Positions 42,961 through 52,359 of a stretch of DNA of 64,000 bases are shown here, piece after piece (the first letter of the stretch is position 1; the number at the start of each line of letters is the position of its first letter). This DNA comes from Parvularculaceae bacterium (GTDB taxonomy: Bacteria; Pseudomonadota; Alphaproteobacteria; Caulobacterales; Parvularculaceae), in contig JAWKVJ010000005.1 in the NCBI GenBank assembly GCA_041398085.1, forward strand, positions 21,383 to 85,382, given 5' to 3'. The translations under genes were made by a program, and so were the position numbers. Below the pieces are notes generated by a model. That model made no database searches. It was not told where the DNA came from and saw only the letters and a list, made by a program, of their open reading frames with translations.

Positions 42961-43410
42961 ATGGCTCAAAACAACCAGTCCGATGCGACAGTAAATGTTT
43001 CTGTGAAAGTTGCGGCTGACGGCGGCGCTTACACATTTACCTATAGTGATCCGAGCGGATTGTTCGACAGCGAAGGCAATTTCGATTTCAGAAAACCAGG
43101 TGCAAAGGGCAAACCGGTCACGATCAAATTTTCGATCGACAATTCATCCGTCGCCGGCATCAAATTCCAGAAGCAAGGGCCGAATGCGTTCTGGATAGCG
43201 CTGAAATCTGAAGTCGGCGACAATGGGTGCCCAACAGGGCCCTATGTCGGCTCTCAATTTCATGGATTCAGAACGGAGCCGGATCAAAGGACGCTAACGG
43301 TACTTGATCATAACAATGACGGAAAACCCTATCGCTACGCGTTGCGTTTCGATCTGAATGGCGACCTCGTCATGCACGATCCTGACGGAAACAACGGCGA
43401 AGGCGGCTAG
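42961..43410 (+). CDS. Small beta-rich hypothetical protein ending in an Asp-Pro motif (DP-EP-family-like)
   Basis: GGGAGA RBS; alternating beta-strand pattern; ...LTVLDHNND...YRYALRF...MHDPDGNNG; 39 nt after the TIR gene. Confidence 0.6.
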   Translation: MAQNNQSDATVNVSVKVAADGGAYTFTYSDPSGLFDSEGNFDFRKPGAKGKPVTIKFSIDNSSVAGIKFQKQGPNAFWIALKSEVGDNGCPTGPYVGSQFHGFRTEPDQRTLTVLDHNNDGKPYRYALRFDLNGDLVMHDPDGNNGEGG

Positions 43411-43448
43411 CGGTTGGCGTGCTAAGTTTTTTCTTGAGCGTCAACAAC

Positions 43449-43481
43449 AAAAAACCCCGGCGGTCACCCGCCGGGGTTTTT
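43449..43481. terminator. Bidirectional Rho-independent terminator
   Basis: AAAAAACCCCGGCGG-TCAC-CCGCCGGGGTTTTT between convergent genes. Confidence 0.92.
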
Positions 43482-43504
43482 CGTCTTTGAGGTCGTTAAG
43501 AAGT

Positions 43505-45211
43505 TTATTCCTTGTCCTGACCTTTCAGCGCCGCGCCGAGAATGTCGCCGAGCGAGGCGCCGGAATCGGCCGAACCATATTGTTCGACGGCTTCTTTTTC
43601 CTCCGCCACTTCGCGCGCCTTGATGGAGAGCGAAATGCGGCGCGAGACCTTGTCGAACCCGGTGACGCGGGCGTCGATCTTGTCGCCGACCGCAAAGCGC
43701 TCGGGGCGCTGTTCGTTGCGGTCCTTTGAAAGGTCCGACTTGCGGATGAAGGCTTTCGGGCCGCCTTCGCCGCCGACCTGAACCTCGATGCCGCCGGTTT
43801 CAATCGCCGTGACGGTGCAGGTGACATCGTCGCCGCGATTGATCTCGCCGACCGATTCCATCGGATCGGAGCCGACCTGTTTCACGCCGAGCGAGATGCG
43901 TTCCTTCTCAGGATCAACGTCGAGCACCTTGGCTTTGACCATGTCGCCCTTGTTGTAATCCTTGATCGCTTCCTCGCCCGTACGGTTCCAGTCGAGGTCG
44001 GAGAGGTGGACCATGCCGTCCATCTCGTCGGTGAGACCGACGAACAGGCCGAACTCGGTGATGTTCTTGACTTCGCCTTCGATGACCGAGCCGATCGGGT
44101 GCTCTTCTGCGAAGCGCTCCCACGGATTGTCGAGGCACTGTTTCAGGCCGAGAGAAATGCGGCGCTTTGATTCATCGACTTCAAGCACCATCACTTCGAC
44201 TTCCTGGCTGGTCGAGACGACCTTGCCCGGATGCACGTTCTTCTTCACCCAGCTCATTTCCGAGACGTGGACGAGACCTTCAATGCCTTCTTCCAGTTCG
44301 ACAAACGCGCCGTAATCAGTGATGTTGGTGACGCGGCCGGTGAATTTGGCGCTGATCGGATATTTCGCGGCGACGCCCTGCCAGGGATCCGGCTGGAGCT
44401 GCTTGATGCCGAGGGAAATGCGGTGCGTGTCCGGATTGATCTTGATGATCTTGACGCGAACCGTGTCGTTGACGCCGAGAACTTCGGACGGGTGATTGAC
44501 GCGGCTCCACGACATGTCGGTGACATGGAGAAGACCGTCAACGCCCAGCGCCAGCTCAACGAACGCGCCGTAATCGGTGATGTTCTTCACAACGCCTTCG
44601 CGCTCGTCGCCTTCGTTCAATTCGCGGACGACTTCCTGGCGGTGTTCGGCGCGATCCTCTTCAAGGATCGAACGGCGCGAGACGACGATATTGCCGCGGC
44701 GCTTGTCCATTTTCAGGATGCGGAAAGGCTGCGGAATATTCATGAGCGGACCGGCGTCGCGAACCGGGCGGATATCGACCTGGCTGCCCGGCAGGAACGC
44801 CACGGCGCCGCCGAGATCGACGGTGAAGCCGCCCTTGACGCGATTGAAGATGACGCCTTCGACGCGCGCTTCGCCTTTGAACTGGTCTTCGAGACGATCC
44901 CAGGCTTCCTCGCGGCGCGCCTTGTCGCGGCTGATGACCGCTTCGCCATTGGCGTTTTCGATACGCTCGACATAGACCTCAACCTCGTCGCCGACTTTGA
45001 GGCTGCCCGGCTGCCCGGCGGCGCCGAATTCCTTCAGCGGCACGCGGCCTTCGGTCTTCAGTCCGACATCGATGACGGCGACGTCTTTTTCGATCGCGGT
45101 GACAACGCCAGTGACGACGCTTTCTTCAAAATCCTGCCTGTCGAGGAGCGAGGCCTCGAGCATTTCCGCGAAATCGTCGCGCGAGGGGTTGAGCGTTTCA
45201 GTTTGAGACAT
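43505..45211 (-). CDS. rpsA: 30S ribosomal protein S1
   Basis: DVGLKTEG, AFLPGSQVD, repeated S1 domains (KNITDYGAFV, GLLHVTDMSW), ASLGDILG. Confidence 0.99.
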   Translation of the reverse strand: MSQTETLNPSRDDFAEMLEASLLDRQDFEESVVTGVVTAIEKDVAVIDVGLKTEGRVPLKEFGAAGQPGSLKVGDEVEVYVERIENANGEAVISRDKARREEAWDRLEDQFKGEARVEGVIFNRVKGGFTVDLGGAVAFLPGSQVDIRPVRDAGPLMNIPQPFRILKMDKRRGNIVVSRRSILEEDRAEHRQEVVRELNEGDEREGVVKNITDYGAFVELALGVDGLLHVTDMSWSRVNHPSEVLGVNDTVRVKIIKINPDTHRISLGIKQLQPDPWQGVAAKYPISAKFTGRVTNITDYGAFVELEEGIEGLVHVSEMSWVKKNVHPGKVVSTSQEVEVMVLEVDESKRRISLGLKQCLDNPWERFAEEHPIGSVIEGEVKNITEFGLFVGLTDEMDGMVHLSDLDWNRTGEEAIKDYNKGDMVKAKVLDVDPEKERISLGVKQVGSDPMESVGEINRGDDVTCTVTAIETGGIEVQVGGEGGPKAFIRKSDLSKDRNEQRPERFAVGDKIDARVTGFDKVSRRISLSIKAREVAEEKEAVEQYGSADSGASLGDILGAALKGQDKE

Positions 45212-45434
45212 AAGTCCGTTCAGTCCTTTTCATTCCAAGCTTTTCTTGCCGACCGGTTCGTCCGGCGGTCTTCCTCGGCGCGCCACAAAGGCGCGCAAAG
45301 GCGGGCAAAGCCTTTTCATAAGTGAGATAAAGCGGCGCAATTCGCGGGGGACGGACACAAAAGAACGTTTCCGAAATCGCCCGCTGAGAACATAACCTGG
45401 ATTTGGGGATATGGTTTTGAAACCTTGGCCCCGG

Positions 45435-46094
45435 TCAGCCCTCGCAGCGCCTGAAAACGCCGTCGATCACGCGGCGCGCCGCCGCGAAGGCCGCTCCTAT
45501 ATCCAAATGAGTCGTATCTAGCAACTCCGCATCGGCGGCGGCGACCATCGGGGCGTCGGGGCGGCCGGCGTCGCGGGCGTCGCGTTCGGCAAGGTCGGCG
45601 CGGACATCGTCTTCAGTAAGCCCCGGCCGGGTGGTTTTCAGTTCCAGCCAGCGCCGGTGCGCACGAACGTCCGGGCTCGCCTGAACGAAGAATTTAACGG
45701 TCGCTTCGGGGCAAACGACCGTGCCGATATCCCGGCCGTCGAGGATCGCCCCCCGCGCACCGCCGGGCGGATTTTCGGCAAATCCACGCTGAAAGTCCAA
45801 AAGCGCCTTACGGACCCGCGGCTCAGCGGCGACGACAGACGCGGCTGCCCCAACTTCGCGCGTGCGTATGTCAGCGCCTTCAATCGCAGAGAGTGAGAAC
45901 CGCCGGGCCGCCGCTTCAGCGACATCCGGGTCATACGGGTCAGACCCTTCGTTCAACAACATCCACGCGACGCCGCGGTAAAGGGAGCCCGTATCGAGAT
46001 AGGCGAAGCCGTAATAATCGGCGAGCGCCCGACCGAGCGTTCCCTTGCCGGACGCCGCGGGCCCATCCAGTGCGATGACGAAGGGCTTCTCCAT
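45435..46094 (-). CDS. cmk: Cytidylate kinase
   Basis: IALDGPAASGKGT, LDTGSLYR, LDGRDIGTVV, ERDARD. Confidence 0.97.
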   Translation of the reverse strand: MEKPFVIALDGPAASGKGTLGRALADYYGFAYLDTGSLYRGVAWMLLNEGSDPYDPDVAEAAARRFSLSAIEGADIRTREVGAAASVVAAEPRVRKALLDFQRGFAENPPGGARGAILDGRDIGTVVCPEATVKFFVQASPDVRAHRRWLELKTTRPGLTEDDVRADLAERDARDAGRPDAPMVAAADAELLDTTHLDIGAAFAAARRVIDGVFRRCEG

Positions 46095-46298
46095 AGCCGT
46101 CGCATAACGGGATCAACGGAAAAGAGGCAAGCCGGGAAAGGCAATTTGGGCGGCCAACTGGGATTTTTCGCAGCGCGAAACGGATATTTACCGCCCGCAG
46201 AGGTCTCGCCCTTTAAATTCGGTCCGCACCGGCGCCATATCGGATCAGAGCCGGGCAGCGCCGGCAATCCGCCGACCGAGAAAACGCCGATCGCCTCA

Positions 46299-46955
46299 AT
46301 GGACATATTTTCGTTAGCGCCTTCCCATGAAGAGATCGCCGCCTTTCTTCAGGTCGTCCTCATTGACCTGACGCTTGCCGGCGACAATGCGGTCGTCATC
46401 GGTCTCGCCGCAGCGGGCGTGCCTCGTGAAAAGCGCGGCCGCGCAATCGCGATCGGCATATTTGCGGCGACGATATTGCGTATCGTCTTCGCAATTTTGA
46501 CGACGACACTGCTTTCGATTGTCGGTCTCTTGTTTGCCGGCGGGGTCTTGCTGCTTTGGGTCTGTTGGAAAATGTGGCGCGAACTCGCCGCTGCAAGACA
46601 TGCGCATGACACAAGCGGACCCGGTAAAGATGCTCACGCGGAACCAAAACCCAAGACGCTCGCAGCCGCCATCACCCAGATTGTCATTGCAGACATTTCA
46701 ATGTCGCTTGACAATGTGCTCGCCGTCGCCGGAGCCGCGCATGAACATCCTACCGTTCTGGTGTTTGGTCTCGGCCTCTCCGTCATGCTGATGGGATTCG
46801 CCGCAACCTTTATCGCACGTCTGCTCGAGCGCCATCGCTGGATCGCCTATATCGGGCTTGCAATAATTTTCTTTGTCGCTTGCGAAATGATGTGGCGCGG
46901 CGGGCTCGAAATCTGGTCAGCCGGCGGCGCTGACATCGTGCAGAACAGTTTCTGA
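46299..46955 (+). CDS. TerC-family (YjbE-like) membrane protein
   Basis: IDLTLAGDNAVVI and ADISMSLDNVLAVAG motifs. Confidence 0.92.
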   Translation: MDIFSLAPSHEEIAAFLQVVLIDLTLAGDNAVVIGLAAAGVPREKRGRAIAIGIFAATILRIVFAILTTTLLSIVGLLFAGGVLLLWVCWKMWRELAAARHAHDTSGPGKDAHAEPKPKTLAAAITQIVIADISMSLDNVLAVAGAAHEHPTVLVFGLGLSVMLMGFAATFIARLLERHRWIAYIGLAIIFFVACEMMWRGGLEIWSAGGADIVQNSF

Positions 46956-46974
46956 TCGGACAAAGGCCGAAATT

Positions 46975-48312
46975 TTACTGCGTGCAGATGTCGCCGCCGA
47001 GCGACCTGATCGTCGCGGCGAAACCTGGATAACTAGTCGCGATCATTGACGCATCGTCGATTGATACCGGCTTGGCGGACGCAAGCCCCATCACCAGAAA
47101 ACTCATGGCGATCCGGTGATCGAGATGCGTTGCGACCTCGCCGCCGCCCTGCACGTCTCCGTCTTGCCCCGCCACGACTAGCCAGTCGTCACCGCTTTCA
47201 ACGGCGACACCGTTTGCGTTCAACCCTGCTTTAATCGCAGACAACCTGTCGCTTTCCTTGACGCGCAATTCATTCAGTCCGCGCATGCGGGTTTCACCGC
47301 GTGCGAAGGCCGCGACAATCGATAGGACCGGATATTCGTCTATCATCGACGCCGAGCGGTTTGCCGGCACATCGACGCCGGTCAAATTTGAATGCCGCAC
47401 TCTTATGTCGGCGACAGGTTCGCCTGATACCTCGCGCGTATTCTGAAACTCGACAGCGCCGCCCATTTCCTTGAGCGTTTCGTAAAAACCGGCGCGCAAT
47501 GGATTAACGAGAACTTTTTTTATCAGAACATCCGAGCCGGGAGTAATCGCCGCCGCCGCCGCCAGAAAGGCGGCCGATGATGGATCACCAGGCACGTCGA
47601 GATGTTTTGCTTTAAGCCGTTGACCGCCGACTAGGCGAATGCGCCTGCCTATGTCGGCGGTCCCGAACTCCATTTTAGCGCCGAACGTCTGCAGCATTCG
47701 TTCAGTGTGGTCGCGTGATAGAACCGTTTCGGTGACTGTCGTTTCGCCTGATGCGCCAAGGGCGGCGAGCAAGATGGCGGATTTCACCTGCGCCGAGGCG
47801 ACAGGCATCAGATAATCAATTGCGCGAAGCTTTCCGGCCGCTAGAGAAAGGGGCAGCGTTCCGGATGTGGACATCCTGACATCAGCGCCCATTTCGGCGA
47901 GCGGCGCTGAGACGCGCTTCATCGGCCGCGAACGCAGGCTCTGATCGCCATCAAAATCGGCGGCGACCCCCTGCCCCGCCGCCGCGCCCAACACAAGGCG
48001 GCAGCCAGTCCCCGAATTTCCGAAGTAGAGCGGACGCGCTGGAGCGGTCCATTTCGCACCCCGGATGCGCCAGATCCCGCCGCCACCGGCAAGGCGGTCG
48101 CGCTCGATACGGGCGCCGAGGGCCCGCATTGCGGCGGCTGTCCTTAATACGTCATGGCCTTCGAGAAGGCCCGCCGCTATGGTCTCGCCGTCGGCCAATG
48201 CGCCGAAAATCAGAGCCCTGTGGGAAATGGATTTGTCGCCAGGCGCCGCAGATTCTCCGGAAAGCGGGCCGCCGGCGCGCGCCGTCAAACCGCTAGACTT
48301 CCTCGCTCCCAT
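46975..48312 (-). CDS. aroA: 3-phosphoshikimate 1-carboxyvinyltransferase (EPSP synthase)
   Basis: PGDKSISHRA, GNSGT, SAQVKSA, RDHTERML, ELRVKESDR, DHRIAMSF. Confidence 0.98.
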   Translation of the reverse strand: MGARKSSGLTARAGGPLSGESAAPGDKSISHRALIFGALADGETIAAGLLEGHDVLRTAAAMRALGARIERDRLAGGGGIWRIRGAKWTAPARPLYFGNSGTGCRLVLGAAAGQGVAADFDGDQSLRSRPMKRVSAPLAEMGADVRMSTSGTLPLSLAAGKLRAIDYLMPVASAQVKSAILLAALGASGETTVTETVLSRDHTERMLQTFGAKMEFGTADIGRRIRLVGGQRLKAKHLDVPGDPSSAAFLAAAAAITPGSDVLIKKVLVNPLRAGFYETLKEMGGAVEFQNTREVSGEPVADIRVRHSNLTGVDVPANRSASMIDEYPVLSIVAAFARGETRMRGLNELRVKESDRLSAIKAGLNANGVAVESGDDWLVVAGQDGDVQGGGEVATHLDHRIAMSFLVMGLASAKPVSIDDASMIATSYPGFAATIRSLGGDICTQ

Positions 48313-48413
48313 TGCGCGTCGACCTTCCGCTAGTTGGCCGGGTTTTGACAGCGCCCGCCGGAAGTGGCAACAGACCGCGCCAATTGTCCCGTTCAGAGAG
48401 GAATTGACGGCCT

Positions 48414-48833
48414 GTGACCAAGCCAGAACTCGGCGTCAAGCGCGATTGCCCCGAATGCGGAGCGCGCTTTTATGATCTCAACAAGGAACCGGCGCATTGC
48501 CCGAAATGCGACCATGAATTCATCCCCGAGCCGCTCTTGAAGCCGCGCAAACCACGCCGCGAAGACGAACCGCAAGAGACGAGCAATGAGGCGGCTAAAC
48601 CAGCAAGCGAAATGTCGCTCAAGGATGCGGAAAAAGAACAGAAGGCTCCGCAATCCAAGAAGAAGCCCGGACTCGATGACGAGGAGAGCGATGAAGACGA
48701 CGAACTCGGGGATATTGAGGATATCGACATCGATATCGACGATGACGATGATGACGACGCGCTGCTAGACGACGACGATGATGATGACGTCGGCGGCATC
48801 GTCAGCGGCGGCGATGACGAAGACGAAGTCTGA
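48414..48833 (+). CDS. TIGR02300 / FYDLN acidic-domain protein
   Basis: GTG start; LGVKRDCPECGARFYDLNKEPAHCPKC and a long Asp/Glu tail. Confidence 0.93.
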   Translation: MTKPELGVKRDCPECGARFYDLNKEPAHCPKCDHEFIPEPLLKPRKPRREDEPQETSNEAAKPASEMSLKDAEKEQKAPQSKKKPGLDDEESDEDDELGDIEDIDIDIDDDDDDDALLDDDDDDDVGGIVSGGDDEDEV

Positions 48834-48848
48834 CGCACTTTTTTAGAC

Positions 48849-48877
48849 TTGCCGCAGGGAGACGCGGCGGCTAGGTT
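48849..48877 (+). promoter_or_regulatory. Putative sigma70 promoter of tRNA-Ala
   Basis: TTGCCG-N17-TAGGTT followed by a GC-rich discriminator. Confidence 0.55.
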
Positions 48878-48953
48878 CCGCGCTCCCAAAACGGGCCCGC
48901 CGCCCGGACGTCCCTACGGCGTAAAACGGCGGACCGCAGCTGGAACGGCGATC

Positions 48954-49029
<76 letters not shown>

Positions 49030-49066
49030 GCTCGCCACAAACCCGCAACACAGCCGGAAACTTGAT

Positions 49067-49930
49067 TTGCGCATTCTGCTGTTCGGACCAAATGGACAAG
49101 TCGGTCGCGAAATTCGTGCGATCGCAGGGCGTCATGAATTGCACGCACTGGCGCGTGAAGGTGCGGACCTTTCGCAGCCAGGCGATGCAGCAACCGCGAT
49201 CATCAATCTTAGACCCGACGCGATTATAAACGCAGCCGCCTGGACGGCGGTCGACAAGGCGGAGGCCAAAAAAAGCGCCGCCCATCGCATCAATGCCGAA
49301 GCCGCGGGAGAAATCGCAATAGCGGCGCAGAAAACCGGTGCGCGCCTTGTCCACATTTCAACCGATTATGTTTTTTCGGGAAGCGCTGAAGAGCCGCTTG
49401 ATGAAACGGCGCAAACGCGGCCGATCAACGTTTATGGCGCATCCAAACTGGAAGGCGAAAAGCTTGTAGCGGCTCACAGTGAAAATGCTGTGATCCTGCG
49501 AACGTCTTGGGTTTACGCCGCGCACGGCGCCAATTTTGTCAAAACTATGCTGAGGCTTTCTGAAACACGGGACGAAGTAAGCGTTGTTTCGGACCAGATA
49601 GGCGGGCCAACGCCTGCATCCGCTATCGCCGAGGTCTGCATCAAGGTCGCTGAAAACAAAACCGGACCAGCTGGAATTTATCATTTTCAAGGCGCGCCAA
49701 GCGCAAGCTGGGCGGAATTCGCCAAAACCATATTTTTGGCGGCTGGACGCAACATCGCCGTCAACAAAATTAAAACGTCCGATTACCCTACGCCCGCCAG
49801 GAGGCCGTTGAAGACAGTTCTCGATTGCAGAAAAATCTTGAAAGACTACGGCGTCCGCCAACCAGATTGGCGCGCCGATCTTTTGATCACGGCGCCGCAA
49901 ATAATTTCCGGCGAACCCCAGTCGAGTTAA
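49067..49930 (+). CDS. rfbD: dTDP-4-dehydrorhamnose reductase
   Basis: GPNGQVG, NAAAWTAVDKAE, HISTDYVF, YGASKLEGE, LRTSWVY, DQIGGPT. Confidence 0.95.
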   Translation: MRILLFGPNGQVGREIRAIAGRHELHALAREGADLSQPGDAATAIINLRPDAIINAAAWTAVDKAEAKKSAAHRINAEAAGEIAIAAQKTGARLVHISTDYVFSGSAEEPLDETAQTRPINVYGASKLEGEKLVAAHSENAVILRTSWVYAAHGANFVKTMLRLSETRDEVSVVSDQIGGPTPASAIAEVCIKVAENKTGPAGIYHFQGAPSASWAEFAKTIFLAAGRNIAVNKIKTSDYPTPARRPLKTVLDCRKILKDYGVRQPDWRADLLITAPQIISGEPQSS

Positions 49931-49986
49931 AATGAAGTGACCGGCGCGCAGTGGATGCGTCGCCGGCCAAAAGCATTCAAATCAAT

Positions 49987-50421
49987 TTAGTTTTGCGGCG
50001 CTGCGTCTTCCATAGCGTCGGCCGCATCGTCCATCGCATCAGCGGCGTCGTCCATCGCGTCAGCCGCATCATCCATCGCATCAGCGGCGTCATCCGCAGC
50101 ATCAGCGGCGTCAGCAGCCGCGTCCATCGCATCGGCATCGTCGCCGGCGACTGTTTCAGTCGACATGTCGAGCTTCACATCGTCCGCAGACGCATCAGCC
50201 GCAACCGGCGTCGCCTCAACGGCCACCTCATCCGTCATCGCAGCATCAGCGGTGACATCAGCGTTTTCAACAATCGCCGCGGATTCATCAGCGGCGGCCG
50301 CATCGGTTTCAACAGCGAGAGTCGCCGGCGCAGCAGCGTCCGCTGTTTCTGCGTTCGTCGCGCAGGCGGCAAGTCCAAAAGCGCTGGCGGCGGCAAGCAA
50401 CAAAGTGATCTGGGTTTTCAT
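49987..50421 (-). CDS. Ala/Asp-rich low-complexity lipoprotein with DAMDDAA heptads
   Basis: MKTQITLLLAAASAFGLAAC lipobox; degenerate 21-bp repeats at about 50011-50140. Confidence 0.8.
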   Translation of the reverse strand: MKTQITLLLAAASAFGLAACATNAETADAAAPATLAVETDAAAADESAAIVENADVTADAAMTDEVAVEATPVAADASADDVKLDMSTETVAGDDADAMDAAADAADAADDAADAMDDAADAMDDAADAMDDAADAMEDAAPQN

Positions 50422-50496
50422 GGCGATTAGCCCTTCTTCAAATGACCGGCTTTCACAAGCCGTTTCCATTAATCAGCACAAGGTGCAATCGTATTT

Positions 50497-50512
50497 TTTA
50501 CAGAGAATTAAC
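50497..50512. promoter_or_regulatory. Putative CtrA box (TTTA-N7-TTAAC)
   Basis: TTTA-CAGAGAA-TTAAC about 75 bp upstream of the lipoprotein start. Confidence 0.45.
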
Positions 50513-50540
50513 CGTAATGCGGCGGATTACATTGTGGTAA

Positions 50541-51071
50541 TCAAGCGCCCCTTCCGGGAAAAGCGCGGAAATAATCGATTGTTTCCTCAATCGATTTGCT
50601 TGCAGCGTCATTCCAGTCTTCAGCAGACTTACGGTTTTGCAACTCCCCGCCGCCGGAGAGCACCAACACAGTCGGAGTGCCGCGTATTTCTGTAAAACCG
50701 AACCGTTTCGCGACGTCGAGGTTCTTGTCGCGGAAACCAACGTCCACCCAGACGACCTCATAGCGGTCAGCGATGATCTGCGCTAAACGCAAATCCTCGA
50801 ATTTCATCGCCAGCGCCCGTGAATCGTGGCACCAGTTTCCGCCAAGGATAACGAGCACCAACCGGTTCTGGTTAGACGCCCTTACAAGCGCCGCATCGAC
50901 ATCAGCCATCGCATCCGCTGTTTCGTCAAACGGTTTTGGTTCACGCGCCGCCTTGGCGCCGCTTTCGGTCAAATCAACAACATGCAGGATGCGCGACCGC
51001 GCCAATGCGGGCGAAACGAAAGCAGCGCTGAAGACCAGCAAGGAAACTGTGAGGGGCCGGAGAATGATCAT
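50541..51071 (-). CDS. Exported thioredoxin-like protein (WCHDS active-site variant)
   Basis: Signal peptide; LVILGGNWCHDSRAL; GTPTVLVL cis-Pro loop. Confidence 0.85.
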   Translation of the reverse strand: MIILRPLTVSLLVFSAAFVSPALARSRILHVVDLTESGAKAAREPKPFDETADAMADVDAALVRASNQNRLVLVILGGNWCHDSRALAMKFEDLRLAQIIADRYEVVWVDVGFRDKNLDVAKRFGFTEIRGTPTVLVLSGGGELQNRKSAEDWNDAASKSIEETIDYFRAFPGRGA

Positions 51072-52231
51072 GAAAAATATCGTCTCAATCGATCGCCAGC
51101 TTCTTCGATGACTTCGCGTTTTTTGCAAAAACAAAACCGGGCGAACGATCTTGGCGCTTCAGCATCATCGCCATAGTAGAAAGCCGATAATGGAACCGCG
51201 GCGACGCCGGCCTTTTCAGTGATTTCACGGCAGAAAGCCATATCGTCCTTGCGGCCTACCGAAGTGATATCGGCATTGACAAAATAGGTTCCTTCACAGG
51301 CCAGCGCGTCAAAGCCCGCCTCTTCCAGAACCGTTTGCATAAGATCACGCTTTTGTTGCATTCCTGCGACAAATTCATCGTAATACTCGTCCGGGAAATC
51401 GAGACCCGCAGCGACTGCAACCTGCAAATGCGGAGCGCAGGTATAGGCGATGAATTGATGGGCTTTCATGATGCCCGCAATCAGCCGTTCCGGCCCGGTC
51501 AGATAGCCAATCCGCCACCCGGTCATTGAAAAGGTCTTTCCGGCGGAGCCGATGCGAACGCAGCGATCCGCCATGTCGGGCAATGTCATCAACGGAATAT
51601 GCGACCTCCCGTCAAACAGGAGATGCTCGTAGACTTCATCGCATACCGCCACGAGGTCATGCTTGCGAACGATATCCGCGATCGTTTCAAGCTCTTCCCT
51701 TGCCAAGGCGCGGCCGGTCGGGTTGTGGGGCGAATTGACCGCAATGACGCGTGTTTTCGGCGTTATCGCGGCTTCGAGAGCAGCGCCGTCGATGCGCCAA
51801 TCCGGCGGGTTTAAACGCACGATAACAGGGCGTGCGCCCGCGGCTTCAACCATCGGCGCGTAGCAATCGTAAAAGGGCGCCAGCAGGATCGCCTCGTCGC
51901 CGGGCCTTAACAGCGCCATGAAAGAAGCAGCGATTGCTTCCGTCGCCCCCGCCGTCACAAGCGTTTGCGTTTTCGCGTCAATGTCGAGTCCGTAAAATCG
52001 CTTATTCGCCCGCGCCAGCGCCTCGCGCAACGCCGGATGACCGCCGACCGGCGCATATTGGTTCGGGCCTTTTTCCATCGCCCTTGCGGCAATCGCGATC
52101 AGCGATGACGGCCCGTCCTCATCAGGAAACCCCTGGCCGAGATTCACCGCGCCGAATTTGTCAGCAAGCGCTGTCATCACAGCAAAGATGGTGACGGGCC
52201 GGTCGGCAAATACGGGATTGAGCGGCGTCAT
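51068..52231 (-). CDS. PLP-dependent aminotransferase class I/II (YbdL-like)
   Basis: NLGQGFPD, TAGATEA, NSPHNPTG, DEVYEHL, SAGKTFSMTGWRIG, RFCFCK. Confidence 0.93.
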   Translation of the reverse strand: MTPLNPVFADRPVTIFAVMTALADKFGAVNLGQGFPDEDGPSSLIAIAARAMEKGPNQYAPVGGHPALREALARANKRFYGLDIDAKTQTLVTAGATEAIAASFMALLRPGDEAILLAPFYDCYAPMVEAAGARPVIVRLNPPDWRIDGAALEAAITPKTRVIAVNSPHNPTGRALAREELETIADIVRKHDLVAVCDEVYEHLLFDGRSHIPLMTLPDMADRCVRIGSAGKTFSMTGWRIGYLTGPERLIAGIMKAHQFIAYTCAPHLQVAVAAGLDFPDEYYDEFVAGMQQKRDLMQTVLEEAGFDALACEGTYFVNADITSVGRKDDMAFCREITEKAGVAAVPLSAFYYGDDAEAPRSFARFCFCKKREVIEEAGDRLRRYFS

Positions 52232-52309
52232 GAATTGATAATCGTTTCTTCACATCAAGCGTGAAACACGCCAGCCGATAAAAGGGAAGAAAATTCATCC
52301 CGCCAAAGC

Positions 52310-52335
52310 AAAAGGCCGCCCAGAAGGGCGGCCTT
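52310..52335 (-). terminator. Rho-independent terminator
   Basis: Minus strand AAGGCCGCCC-TTCT-GGGCGGCCTTTT after the second lipoprotein. Confidence 0.8.
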
Positions 52336-52359
52336 CGCTATTCCAATAAGCCAGGATGC

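Noticed and set aside
44231-45325. 364-aa plus-strand ORF, and similar ones such as 54418-55608 and 16138-16908
   Set aside because: Antisense to well-supported genes; expected in high-GC DNA.
46146-46298. yybP-ykoY manganese riboswitch upstream of terC
   Set aside because: I could not find the characteristic GGGGAGTAG-type core; an Rfam scan would settle it.
48676-48830. GAC/GAT triplet runs
   Set aside because: They encode the normal acidic tail of the FYDLN protein.
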